Under the pieces are notes generated by a model that did no database searches, was not told the DNA's origin, and was given only the letters and a program-made list of their open reading frames with translations. Made by a program: the position numbers and the translations under genes. Shown in pieces: positions 15,725 to 30,700 of a stretch of DNA of 64,000 nucleotides. This DNA comes from Antedon mediterranea (Eukaryota; Animalia; Echinodermata): positions 20,478,871 through 20,542,870 of the forward strand of contig NC_092676.1 of the NCBI RefSeq assembly GCF_964355755.1. Direction: 5' to 3'. Every line of letters starts with the position of its first letter. Position 1 is the stretch's first letter.

Positions 15725-18700
15725 ATGGCGGAGCGGTTACGACGCGATCCGCTACCGCCTCCATGGAATTACGCTGTTACAGCCGATGGGAGGATTTTTT
15801 TTATAAAGTAAATATACTACATGTTATTTAAAAGATACATTGTGATAAAGATTAACCCCATTCGACGAATAATATTTAATTTTGTTTATAATTACAGTGA
15901 TAAAACTCAGCGTACCACCTGGTTACATCCGGTGACGGACGAGCCGGTGGAGACCGGGATGCTGTCAAGGGAAGGTCAGTCGCTCTTCCTGTAATTAGGA
16001 CCCTGGGCCTAGCTACAGTTAAGGGGCCGGCTAGGAATAAATTAATAAATGTGCTAACCTTATTTAACAGGAAGATTATGTTAAATATGATGTTTACCTT
16101 AAGAAATGAGTTATAACTCCTAGCTAGAAAGAAGATGCTTTTTTATAATTTGTTAAATATTATAATGTAAATAAATGTGTTGTGTGTAGGCCTATGTAGG
16201 CCTAGGCTATGTATGCTTTATCAAAATATGTACTGTACTGTATGGACTGTAGGCTAGTCCTAGGCCTAGCCTCTCTACTATCTATAGTAGGGAGGTGCGC
16301 CTACTACTAGCTAGGCTAAGGGCTTCTCTAGTAGTTGTGGGGCCAGGATCACCTACTCCTATGGCTCAAAATTATGTTTAAAATGTAAAGAAAAGTTTGC
16401 ACAACATACATCAACCCAATAAAATCACTGGCATAATACAATTGATGATTATTTATTAAATATTTCTGTTTTTGCTACTAAATATTTCTGCATAAATGCT
16501 GGATTTAACCAAGCGAATTAATCAAACAAGCTGTTGCACATTTAAACACAAAATTTTCCATTATCCGATAAAAATTCATCTCATAAACTAATACTAGTAT
16601 TTTATCGTTTAATTCAATTAATTTGAATTCAATTGAATTTATTTACTAATTTGTTCACAGATTTACCAAAGGGATGGCAGCAAGCAAAATCGATTGAGGG
16701 AGCTATATACTTTGTTGAGTAAGTATATTGCATTTCTATTTAATTGGAATATTATTAATCTTTTTCTAACTGAATGATGTTTTCTTATTAATACAGTACA
16801 TGAGTTATACTGTGTGAGTGTAAAGCAATAAATGTACTGTACATGACTATACGTATATTACAGACATCTCTGGGGTTCAGCAGATATACTGTAGCTGTCA
16901 AAACAGTGAAAATATTGATGATGAATGAATGTTTTTTAGTTGAATTAGGATATTTTTATGATAGGTGAAAGATTACATTTACCAATGCGGATCGAGTCAT
17001 TACATAAAGTAATAACAACAATAATATTTTATAACTTTAAAAAAAAGATCAATAGCCCTACAATTGAATAAAGTATTTGGTAAAGCTCTCTAACACTATC
17101 GATCTTTATGTGACACAAAATGTGATGTGCCCATATATGGAAATGATGATGTCATATCACTACCATATTTAAGCAATCACACTTTTTTTTGTCATTGAAC
17201 TAGTTTTCCAGTGTAGACAGAGCTTAAAGTATCAAATTACTGTACCTACTGTAGTAGTAGTAAATTGCTTAAAAAGTAAACAATTCAAGAGAAGATTATT
17301 CCATAATTGCAACTAATTACTTTCCACAATAGAAGTGTGTGCAATGCAAACAATCACAGCTGTTATTAACATATCACACAGCACTGGTGGTAATAAATAA
17401 ATGTGAAAATGCCTTCAAATGGAATGTATCATTGAAAATAATTGATTTTCCATAAATGTAGTAAGAATACATAATGTACAGTAATAGTTGTTTTAATTCA
17501 ATTTCAAGGCATGATGTACAAAAATTATGTGTATTTTTGCCCAGATTGACATTCCTGCACTCATCACCTACTGTAGTACTGTACATTCCTCTTTGTAAAA
17601 TGATGGTACAGACTATAGTACTATAGACTACATATAATGAAGGAAAATGAAAATAAAATAAAAGACCACCAGCAATGCCAAAAGAAAACTAGATAAACCA
17701 AAAAAAAGAGAGAGAAAGACTATACAGTATTGGGTTCTCAATCAGAATTTACAGTTACTGTATGTCTACTCAGTATGACAATGTATTTTAGTATTTTCCC
17801 CCCATGGCATGACACACTAAGGGCCTGTTCAGACCTACGGAGTTATACTTTGGTATCATACGCGGAGTACAACCCCATAGGTCTGAACCAGGAAAAGATT
17901 AGTGGAAGCCACCTTTTTCGACACTGACCTTTTGTTAATTATGACCGTTAAAGGTACAATTAGTGTTACATAGTTCCTGTAGTCTTGCATTACAATTTTT
18001 GCACCCTACCCCCTAGACAGCAACCAGCCTACGCCTTTGACATGCCAACGTAGAACCGTGCACTGTTGTCTAAACGGGCCTGTACAGTATACAATACAGT
18101 ACCTCCATGGTATGATACTGTACAGTATAAAACTCCTCACACACATAATTATATTCACAGGCAAAACTTGAATGTAGAGAATACATATTTTAATGACATT
18201 TCATGTACAGTAATAATTGTTGTAATTCAATTTCAAGGCATGATGTACGAAACTCGCTTTCTAAACAAAGACTGTTTTGAAAACAAACGTAGGAATTAAT
18301 TGGCAATGAAAAGCTATCTGTAATTTTATGTATGAGGTATAGCACAGTACAGTATCAGGTGCCATTACCTTTAAGTGATTGCTGGGTCAATAGTGTCCAT
18401 TGGTTATATTATAATTGTTGTCAAGTAGCCCTTGAATTGAAGGCATTATGCATTATACTGCAACAGTATGATATAAAGCCTAGAACTCTTTTGCTAGCAC
18501 TAGAACGCTTTCCACACTTGACCTTCTTTAATATATAACAAATAACTGTACATGAAGTTACAGTAAGTTGTACATCAATCAATTACCTGAGAGGTTTTGT
18601 ACTTACAGTTAGTACTGTTAACTCAGATGTACAGCGTGTTTAGTAAACGTTACTGTATGTAAACTACATATACCAATCATGGTAAAACAATGAATAACTT

Positions 18701-21700
18701 TTGAGTCATTTAAAAGCATTTGATTTTATTTCTGTGACACATGCTTTTACTATTTTATCCCTCCCCTTGTAGCCATAGGGAAGGCAGATTCCGAGGGAGC
18801 AAAAGGACCATTGCTTTGAAGGGCTGTTTCGATTCATTTAAAAAAAAGTTTTTGTTGTATGATGACTACATACTGTACACTAGTGTATTAACTATTAGTA
18901 TGTGGTATTTTGTTTTTTCCATCACACTCACTCACTGTAGTAACTTAATTAGTATTAGTAATATTTAATTGACAATTAAATTACTCTTTTACATCTACCT
19001 TTCACTTCAGTCACAACGAAGAGACTACGTCTTTTTATCATCCAACCTCATCGAATGTAGAAGTGGAGAAAGATTCAAAGTTTCATGTCAAGTAAGTCTG
19101 TCAATAATCATTTTAACTATTTTGTTGTACAGTATTTTTCTATCTATTTTTAAGGTTTTGATTGTTTTGATTTTTGTTGTAATTTATTAACAATCTTTTG
19201 TGATTTATGAACTTGACAAGTATTAATGCATGATAGAATTAGTGAAGTACTCTGGTAAATGTTATCTAAATATCTTGTATATTTTGTGTACTTTATCTTT
19301 GTTTATGTTGAACCTTTGTTGACCTACTTTACTGGTTGTACAGTAAAATGGTTAGTTTCTGCTTCACATAATGCTGGATTATTGTACTTTGAAAGAGATA
19401 TTGTACGGTACTAAAAAATGTAATGTACCCATACCGACCATAATATTTCAATGTTTTTGTTTTGGCGTCTCTGACACAAGCTTTTGCTTTTTTGGTGACG
19501 CCACCTTTTTTGGAAATAAATGTTGATTTTGATTGATTGATTGAAAATACCGTTTTAAAACATCGCATTACTCTAAATGCAATGTGGTCAAACGACCAAA
19601 ATAATGCAACGTGGTCAAACGGCCGAAATGCAATGTACAGTTGTAGTCAAATGACCGAAATGTAATGTGGTCAAATGGTTTGTTTTTTTTGTCGCAGCTA
19701 AAATTTGATGAACCATTCCAAAATTGAAACATTCCCTTAATTTATTGACCAAATTAGAGTTTGTACATAATTTATCTCATTTTATAAAATGTTATTTCTG
19801 TTTTAATTTTAATTTTGAGACAAAAAAAGTTACAGAAAAACTATACAAAGTAATCATAACATTTACTTAGATTTGTTTTAATTATTTCTAATTAACAATT
19901 TCCTGCAAATTACAAATCTTCTTCATTTAAATATATTTTAATTCAATTGTGTGTGAATGACACACCAACTATCCTGTTCACACTAAACATATTGTACATT
20001 TTTTATGTCCTACTAATCTAGTTTTGATAACTTGTTACCTTGCCTTAGGCATGTAAGCCTTTAATACAATTATAATGACATAGTGTTAGTTTATGATTTA
20101 CAGTTAGTTTTCTCTACAAATAGTAACAAGTATTGTACGCCAACTTATTTTTATTTGTATTGTTAAGGAGTAAGTACTTTTGCAGTTGTTAATGTTATTC
20201 TAACAAAATTAAGTTAAGAGTTGGCTTGTACATGGAGCTATAGTATAGTGTAGTTCTATAGTCTGAATATGAACCAACCAGTTTGGATCCATTGAGGAGT
20301 GCAGTAGATTTAACTAGTTTAACTTTAATAGTATTGTGTACTGTAGGTAGTGCATACTGTAGGATCAGTGTGATAATGGAACTTCCATTTTAAGCACTAA
20401 CCATTAGGACCACTTGACTTTAACACCATGGATTACTGTACACTTAGCGTTAGATTAACCTCTGACCTGAACATGAGATTATACAGAATGAATACAGGAG
20501 CCCGAGATTATGTTAACAAAATATTGACATTAAATATTAATGTGAAAACCTAAAGAATGATTTACAGTATGTACATGTATTGTATGTACTATCTAGTACA
20601 GTAGGCCTACAGTGTTATATAATATAACAAGCTGTGGAGAAAATTTGGCTAGCTAATAGTTGATGTACAAAGTACAAAGTTCATTATAGTTAGTTACCTG
20701 TAGGCTTTCTAATTAATTACACTAAAGTGTTTTACAAACACTTTAATTTATCTGTCATACATTTTTGTATGATGAATATGATGAATATGATGAATATGAA
20801 ACTTTCCCAAAGCTATAAAATACTGTACCTGTTAAGTTAATAATATAATAATAATAATGGAATTGATTGATTATATAAAATACTGTACCTGTTAAGTTAA
20901 TAATATAATAATAATAATGGAATTGGTTGATTATATAAGTATTAGTCCTACATTATCAAATTTTCAAGTTACTGTATGTCATTGTCATCTACAGTATGTA
21001 TGATAATATAATGTTAATGTTATTGTTAGGGAAAATACAATAATTAATATCAGGATTATTTTAACTTTATCGATGGAGGCTCATATCAATTCACTGTTGT
21101 TCTTCCGTAAGGATGTGCACAATACAGTACTTGTAGACAATTTCAAATACAAATTTTTACCTTTGACTAATTATAATAATGATAATAACAGTAATGATAA
21201 GCGTTTTACACACAACGATCCATAAAACATCCAAAAAAGGAAGAATTGAAGTAAAAAAAGGTGATTATACTTGATTGTAGTGTTATGAACTAATGAATGT
21301 CAGCACCAAGATTAAATTCCATTTAAGTGTACCTTTACATGATAAATACAGTTGGTGAAATATGTACTGTGATGTGTAATAATATGTATGTGTTTTATTG
21401 CCGATTGTACTGTACAGTATGACATTAATCTGTCCCCCCAGCCTTTCAAATATCAGCTACATGAATTCACCATTGTTTAAAAGCAGTGATTCAGAACTCT
21501 GGAATTCTTTGTTTATTTAGATATGAAACAAGAATTTCATATTCTGACAGGAATTAATTTCAACCGACTACAGAACTAACTCCCATTGTTAAAATTCTAC
21601 CACAATTTAATACTATGGTATTATTATTAAATGATTGAATTATAATATGATGGTTGTTTGTTTGGATTTTAGCAACACACCTATATATGTCAGTATTGTT

Positions 21701-24700
21701 GGCCGATTGAGGAATTTTGTGGTAAATTTTTTTCAGTACCATTTATTAATAACCTTACAGTATAATAGGTTTTTTGTTATATAAACTTTAAACGAATTGT
21801 TTTTTTTTTTCGCATACTGTATTTATATTTGTACACATATTTGTAATTCCATAAAGTGCAATAAAGCTTGAACCTAATGTGTTTTTTTAAAGGATATTTT
21901 AATGCTAAATAGTAAATGTATTTTAGGAATATATAGTTATAGTACATCTCATTAATACATGTTTTTGGCTCTTAGACGACCATTTCCTTTCAAACTTGTC
22001 CCTTTTGTTACATAGATTATAACATCGCCACAGTTGACATGTTCACCTGTCGGGGGCATATATTTTTTTGGTGATAAAATCCAATCCACAACAGTGCGTT
22101 TTTAAAAGTCTACAATAAAGCTCTGTCCTAAAACTATCAAACTAGTTTGACAAAAAAAAAGTGTGATGTGCCCAAATATGGCATTGGCAGTGACATGCCC
22201 AAATATGGCAGTGACATGCCCAAATATGGTAGTGATATGACATACAGGTACGTATATGACTCTTGAGCACATCACATTTTTTTGTCACATAAAGTTTGAT
22301 AGTGTATACAAAGCTTTACTGTATTTAAAACATACTAGAGTGTGCTTGCTACTTGTGTAAAAACTGTTTACTTAAAAACTGTGAAAGTGAAGAATAGACA
22401 TTTGAATACCTATTGTAGTCCATTGATGCATAAACACAAACAATGATCAACATGGTGTAAGGTTAATTTCAGAAGGTTCCATCTGCTAACTTGTTTTGTT
22501 ATGATAAGTGAATGAGTGATTTGACAAAGGTTAGAAAAGGTCTGTTGTTGTTTATGGTTAGAACATGATAAGGATAGACATGTACTGTATACGTACTAAC
22601 ATTAAGAAAACAAAACTGGTTAATGAATGAATTCTCTCACATTCTTTGCCAGTGCCAGAGAAAGATCCCAAAATGGAAATACAGTAAAAACCTAGGGGGA
22701 ACCATACAGTAGGAACACCATATATAGAATTGGCTGTATTGTTTAAAACATGCCAATTTTTATGAGAATGTGTCCCCTCTCTAAGGTGTCTCCTGAATAA
22801 GAGTGTCCAAATGGAGGAGTGTACTATAAGGTGATTTTATATGGCGAGAACTGTGTGAAAATGAAATCGGCACATTTCACAAGAAATAAATGAAATTTCC
22901 ATTTGTGAGCAATAGTTTTGAAATGGTACGTTACACAGGCTTTAGAGTTTGTTTGTATCGTTTTGTTTCTTAACGTCCTCAAACAAAAGCTCTAATGCCA
23001 GACTACTATACAGTACATGGTTTTACTTTGTTAACACGAAAGCTGTATCCTAAATGAGTTTTAAATTACATAAGATCGTAAACTATCCACGTTCAATGAA
23101 CTGCCAGTTTATTTTGGCATAATCCAAACACGTTTTAACTTATTAACTAGCATCATATTCCCAACTCCTGTTTCAAATTTGAGTATTAAATTCTGCTTTA
23201 TCAATCGACATCTAATGCAGACTTCACCGCTCTCAAATAAATGTCCCAACACCTTATTAATTATCTTTAATTAAGGAAATTAGTTAACGGTTCTCTGTTA
23301 CAATTCTTTTATTGTTGCGACAAAGAATGAGTCAGAAATGATTGAGCGGTGGTGACTGTGTGCAAATGAAATCAACCTATTTCACAAAAATAAATGAAAT
23401 TTTAATTGGTGAACAATAGGGCGGTTGTTTTGGTAAAACATACCTTAAGGCGTTGTACTTTATTGGCTGGTAATGGTGTGTAACTGCTACTAATATACTA
23501 CCTGTACACACAGTATATTTGTACTGTATATTGGCTATGACTTATGAGGTATGATCGCTCACTGGATAAACCCATGGGACCCCGGGGCTTAATACAGGGG
23601 GGCCTTGAGCAGGGCCTATAGGAAAAAACATGCATTAAAAAATGTTGAATAATGTTATAAACGCCAGAAGCCCCCAGCAATGCAGGGCCACTAATCCAGA
23701 GGCCTTAGGTCTCTGCATGCGTTATGCCACTGCCCCCAGCAATGCAGGGCCACTAATCCAGAGGCCTTAGGTCTCTGCGTTATGCCACTGCCCCCAGCAA
23801 TGCAGGGCCACTAATCCAGAGGCCTTAGGTCTCTGCGTTATGCCACTGCCCCCAGCAATGCAGGGCCACTAATCCAGAGGCCTTAGGTCTCTGCGTTATG
23901 CCACTGCCCCCAGCAATGCAGGGCCACTAATCCAGAGGCCTTAGGTCTCTGCGTTATGCCACTGTACATAGAAATTCATACACTACAACATTTAATTAAT
24001 TTCATTCCTTTTTCAAGAAATTTAATTTAAAATAGTAAAATAGTAGTAAAGTTTTAAATAAAACATAATTTGCAATTAGACCTAACCTTTGTTAACTTTG
24101 CGTTACACATCAGATGAAGGATATTTTATTTTTGATAAATCATATCTTTAGGCCTACTGTGTTTCTAAAGTCTAATACTGTGTACAATATTTATATCATG
24201 TGCAGTTTAACTAATACAGTACCAATGGAGTATTTACTTAAAAACTGAAACTGTACAGTACTAACGGTAATAATAGACTTTTGAACACCTTTGTATTACA
24301 TGCATTTAACATTGGCCAATGAAAACTTTCTGTTTACTGTACAGTAGGTAAAATAAGTATAACATATAGCACACAAGTTTAAGAAAATTATTGTGTACTT
24401 ATCTTACTATAGGTGGATCCAATTAACCCCTTTTCCTAATTAAAAATTAACAATCCACCACAGCTCATTACAAGTTTTTAAACTTTGACATGCAAGAGTG
24501 ACTGTTACAGACTTTGGTGAATCGTTTCTGTATGGAGGGCGCTTATTCAAACTATTGTCAATTATGCATTTAATCTTGATAAACAGTAAAATGAATAATG
24601 TATTGTGTACTTTGCTTTTAGTACCTCAATTATCTTTAATTATGTCAAATCATTTTTCAGAACGCATAACTACTTTGCTGCTGTTAAACTGTTTAACTAT

Positions 24701-27700
24701 TTTGAAGAATGTTTTCTTATCACAGATTGCCTCAAGAAAATGAACAGAACACAATAGTGACCGCATCACCCACGAGAAGAGCAAGACTTGCTAGCGACGA
24801 CAACAAATCGAGCATGGTATACAAAGCAGAATCAGAGGGCAGTACACCTGCAACTCCGAAGGTCAAGAACCGGGTAATTCCGAAAAATGTTGCTCCGCAA
24901 GTGAAAAGGCGTAAAGATGATACGGTCACTATGAAAGGATGGCTGCATAAGATGGGGTCAAAGTTGAAAGCTTGGAAAAAAGTTTGGTGTGTCATTTCAG
25001 ACTTCTGTCTGTTTTACTATAAAGGTACAGTAATACATAGTTTATAGATCACAGTTCATAGTTCACATTTCAGCATCTTGATCAATATTATCATTTAATC
25101 TTTGACATCATTATCATCAAAATTATCATCTTCATTGTAACATTAAATACCCTGATCATCTTTAAAGAAAAATGGTTTTTAAACAAATCTATATTGATTT
25201 AAAATTTTTATTCTGTACTGACAATTTTGATTTATTCCAGAATACAAAATATAGATCAGTTTATGTTATTAGTGAATAATTAAGTTGATAATACAGGTAT
25301 AATTAAAATGAATTATTCTTCTCACATGACTTTCCAATTAACATGATAATTAACAGAATTGTATTGTTACTATTGTCAGTACAGTTCATATAGTGCACGC
25401 ATAGTACACTATTTACCTTCATTGGAATGTTGATATACCAAGTTATATTATTTTTCCATGGATGAATTGTTATACTAGTTCATCAATGAATGTAAACTTT
25501 TATTTTGCAAGATCAAATACCTATTTATATTATCATAATAATGATCATATTGATCACCTGTCCGGTTCTATTAATAGTGAAAACTCCAATAATTATTTGA
25601 GAGATAATAGGATACTTTGCCACGGTACTATGACATTTACACTTACTTAATATGCTTCTATCTACCATATGTTTTCTCCTGCATACCAGGAAAAATCACC
25701 ATTTATAATTCTATTATTCCTGGACTTTTTATTTACGTTTTATCACGAGATGTTAATAAAATAATAAAATATAATTTTGTAAATAAAATTCAATTCCGTA
25801 AATATCATCTAACACCATATGGGCAGGTTTACAGAATTTGTTCTGGTTTATTTATGAGGTGTAGGAGAATATAATTTTAAAAATTAGATTCAATTCCGTA
25901 GTTATCATCAAATACCTAATGGGCAAGAGGATCGTATAAGAGTACTCTTGCTTTAACACACTTGCTCCAATATACAGTAGGTGGTGTGTGAATGTATGTA
26001 GTTGATGCAGCTTCAAACTGGCATCTGATTGGCTAATATGATGCACCTGATTGCCCCTTCCAATGGTGGCTTGCTTTGTGGGCTGTGATTGTGGAGTTGA
26101 CCCTATAGTAGTAATAATAACTCTATGGCTACTCCCTCTAATTATAGATCATTTTCTGGAAAATATTTATATCTGTACATTATTTCTATCATAACTGAAA
26201 TTACATATACTGTAATACTATATTTAACAATGCTTATTTATTCAAATCAATAAAATATGTTTTCTTTTTTTCTGTAGGTCCTAATGATGTTAATATGCAA
26301 GGATCAATAGTGCTACCGAGTTATGAAATCAAACTAGTAGATTACGCAGACAAGGCCACAAAGAAATATGCATTCAAAGTAAATTATTATACACATAAAT
26401 ATTGAAATTAGCAAAACATTAAGACCAAAATAGGAGCACATCAATATGTTTAATGTCTTAGTCCAAAAAGCGGATAATATTAATGATAAAAACAAATCCA
26501 CATTTACGAATAAAACATAATGTAGTATGGGGCCTAGTTTACCTTAATTTAAGCTTGTAGAACCTAAAAATATTAATCAAATCCTCTTGGGCGAAGAGCT
26601 TGTTTCTCAATTGATGATGTACTGTATGCTAGGCAACATTTAACCATTTTTTAGGACTAATTTTAAACTTAATACAAAGTAACTTTGAAATGAAAAGTAT
26701 GTGCAAGAGTGAAAATCAATAATCTTCTGCATGATGTCCAGGTACTCTACCATTAGACCACTAGGAATACCAAAACAAAGCATAGAATTTTGAAACCATA
26801 AATCCATGCTTATTCAATTTACAACGATTTTTTTTGTTAATTAGTGTTGTCATAAAAACATGAGAACCGTTATTTTTGCTGCTGAGACACAAGAAGACAT
26901 GAGGCAATGGATGGAAGCGTTATCCAAGGCGGCCAAGGTACAGATGGACCTAGGATATGGGTAAGAAAAAATGCTCATCATGTTTGTTCATTTTCATCAT
27001 GCTGGGTTTGTGTAATTTTCATCATGTTTGGCACCAATATTTTCACATGTTCATTGTTATAATGTTTGACAATGAAATCAACATTTTCATTTTCATCATC
27101 ATGGACATGTTCATCATGTTTGTCACCAATATTTTGACAGGTTCAAGTTTGACAATGACATCAACATTTGACATGTTCATTTTCATCATCCTGGAATGTT
27201 CATTTCATCATGTTTGTCACCATATTTTGACATGTTCATTTTCATCATGTTTGTCACCATAATTTGACATGTTCATTTTCATCATGTTTGTCACCATAAT
27301 TTGACATGTTCATTTTCATCATGTTTGGCACCAATGTTTTCACATGTTCATTGTTATGTTTGACAATGACATCAACATTTGACATGTTCATTTTCATCAT
27401 CTTGGACATGTTCATTTTCATCATGTTTGGCACCAATATTTTCACATGTTCATTGTTATCATTTTAGGGGCACTTTGATGTTTTTTGTTATCATGTTGAT
27501 ATGTTCATTTTCATCATCTTGGACATGTTCATTTTCATCATGTTTGGCACCAATATTTTCACATGTTCATTGTTATCATTTTATTCGCACTTTGATGTTT
27601 TTTGTTATCATGTTGATATGTTCATTTTCATCATCTTGGACATGTTCATTTTCATCATGTTTGCCACCAATATTTTCACATGTTCATTGTTATCATTTTA

Positions 27701-30700
27701 TTCGCACTTTGATGTTTTTTGTTATCATGTTGATATGTTCATTTTCATCATCTTGGACATGTTCATTTTCATCATGTTTGGCACCAATATTTTCTCATGT
27801 TCATTGTTATCATTTTATTCGCACTTTGATGTTCTTTGTTATCATGTTCATTTTCATCATGTATAGTGTAATCACATCAATATTTTCATCACTGTCTGTC
27901 TGTCATTTTCAACATCTACACTGTCATCATTGACTGACCTAATTATATATGTTCAAATATATAATATAATAATGGTACCCCTGGATCACTGGTTATTTTT
28001 ATTGGATTTCCAAAACAATACAAAAGATCAAACATAGCTCACTCTACAGTACTTATTATTTATGATAATTAATATATTCATATTAATTGTTATTCATTTG
28101 CCCTTATGCTGCCATTCTGTATCATGTGATAGATACTGGTAGTAATTAAATTAATAAATATTACTATATCAACCTAAAAATATAATATCATGAAATTAAT
28201 TGCAATACAGTAGTTTCATGTTTTGTAACACATATGGCTACCTTTTGTCACAAGACAAGTAAATGAAAGAAATTTACTATAATAAAAGGTTGATGTTTGT
28301 TTGCATTTGAAATCACCAGTACAACAAGCAGCCATATAATAATGATAATATAGAATTATTTTACAATTTTTTGTAGTACATTTGGTTGAATATAAACCAA
28401 TGTGAAAGCTTTAAAATAGTTGAAATTTAAGAGAGTTAATAATACCCCTTACACTGCTGAGCTAAGAACAAACCTGTTTTGTGTGTGCCATTCCACCTTA
28501 TAATGTAAAGAGTTTTTTTTTATCATACTATGAGAGCCCTGGTCTTATAGTAGGATATCTTCTTATGAAGCAGAAGCTCCAGGTTGAATCTTGTTTATGG
28601 AAGCTTTTTCTCATTCTCACAGATTTCCTTATCTTCACCGGTCCGTTAATTAATTTCCAGTATGTAACTTACTGAGAAGTTGGGAGTTTACTGTATCAAA
28701 TTTATATTATTTTACAGTATAATTGTCAGCGCTGCTTTGTATTCATATTAATTCATTATTTATATTAGGTACTCTAACTTGCATTTGTGAAGGGTTAGTG
28801 TTGCCTGAAAGCTCTGCAAATCTTTCTGGCTGTTTTTATCATTTAGATTTAGCATTTTTGCTTATTTTATTTTGTGTCTCCATGAGATCCAGCCACTGAT
28901 ACTGACAGCATTTTCTTTCAGTAATTCGATAGTGGATTAATATAATTGTATAAAATATTTTTGATGTTTCACAGGGAATCGGTTAAAAGCCACAAAAAGC
29001 ACAGAATTAGTGATGATGAAGATGGGGGCTTTACTAACTTCTCTCAACCAACACAAAGTGAAATAGATCACAACAGGTTACGTAGGGACAAGGAACGTAG
29101 CTCGTTTGAGGAGGATGAACGATCTGGTAGTGGTTACGATTCAAGAAATGAACGAGAGTACGGCCGTCCAATATCCTACCAGGGACGACCGAATGGTTAC
29201 GAAAGACATAATGAGGTAGATAATCATCCAGGAAGAAAAAATAATGATAGTTCTCAACGAAATTACCGTGATGGTACTCCTCCAAGACACGAGGTAGCAC
29301 ATGATGACAGTGTCACAGAAGAAAGCAATAAATATTCAGACAATGACATTGAAGAGGCATATTCAGAAGAAATACGAAGAAACAAGATTAATAAAGATTA
29401 CTCCCTAAGTAGAGATAAAGGTATAATATTTGATTTTATTCCATAATTTTAGGTTTTTTCTGTTTATAGCAACACTTACGTGCAGTGACTATTTTATGAT
29501 AAAAAAATTGGTATTTACCATTCAAATTCACTTTTAAATACCTTTTCTCAATTTAACTGATTTGCACAAATTAATACCTACCAAAATTGTGAAATAATTT
29601 GTGATGATCACCTAACATTTCACTCATGAATGGTTTTTGTTTTGCACAACATGTATTAGTACTAACAATGCATGTTTTAGCTGCTATACTGACTGCTGTA
29701 AAATTCATCCCCGAATATATGCCCATCCCAAATTTGGAGTATTAGTATGGAGGATTTTGCAACCTCACGAATATGATAACGAACAAATTTACTAAAAATG
29801 TAACTACAAATAATATAAATAGGAATACTGTTTAGTATAAAAGAATAAATATTTACTTATTATTGACGCTTTTAATATTTTTCGTTATCATGCGATACAG
29901 ATTAGCTAATGAAAATGGAAACTTTTTTTCTGAAAAATTACCGTAGACAAACCTTCCAAATGTTGAACTACCTTGTCATTAGGGAGCTTTCGATTTGTAA
30001 TGACCCATGACCAGGTCAGATCAATCGCTGTGTCGTTGGTCATCACCTGGACCTACTGTAGAAACCATCAAACCTTTGTTGAGGTGAGAACACGGGTCCC
30101 AATATCTGCACATGCGCACAACATAGTTGGTCGTTGCATATCAAAAGCTCCCTATTACTTGGGCTTGGCACTCAGTTGGATATGTACAGTTTTATGTACC
30201 CTGTATTTTTTTTAATGAATGCTGTGTTGCTATTTACTGTCATCTTTCATATAACACTATTAACTTTTTGTGCATGACGTTCTTTAAACATTTGTTTATC
30301 TACTCACCATATAGACTATCGTAGACTTGGCACACAGCCTCACACGCCCGGTCTTTACCCGGTGTCGTACCGAACCCTTCCACGTAAACGTTCCTCCGAC
30401 TATTATTCGTCAACGGATGACTTCACTTGGGAAGGTTTGCAATCTTTATAACCAAATTTGTATTCTATATTCGTTCTTCGTTCTTTATTTTTTGTGATAT
30501 ATTTTTTAGTATCATTTATTGTATATATGTTTTTATTTTATATTCTTTTCCTATGTTTGTTTATTTGTCTTATATTAGTCCAGAAGTTAACTTATTTCTA
30601 AAAATGACATTATCATGATAAGTTTTTAGCACAGAATTCATATCATAGTCATAATCTATTTTAGTATTGTTGCATGAAAGCCATTAACCTAAATAGTTTT

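Noticed and set aside
26105-26135. Possible third excision footprint (atag...ctctatg)
   Set aside because: The flanks are not direct repeats and the left end is degenerate
26957-27933. Hydrophobic and Cys-rich repetitive ORFs
   Set aside because: Products of the intronic satellite, with no splice or domain support
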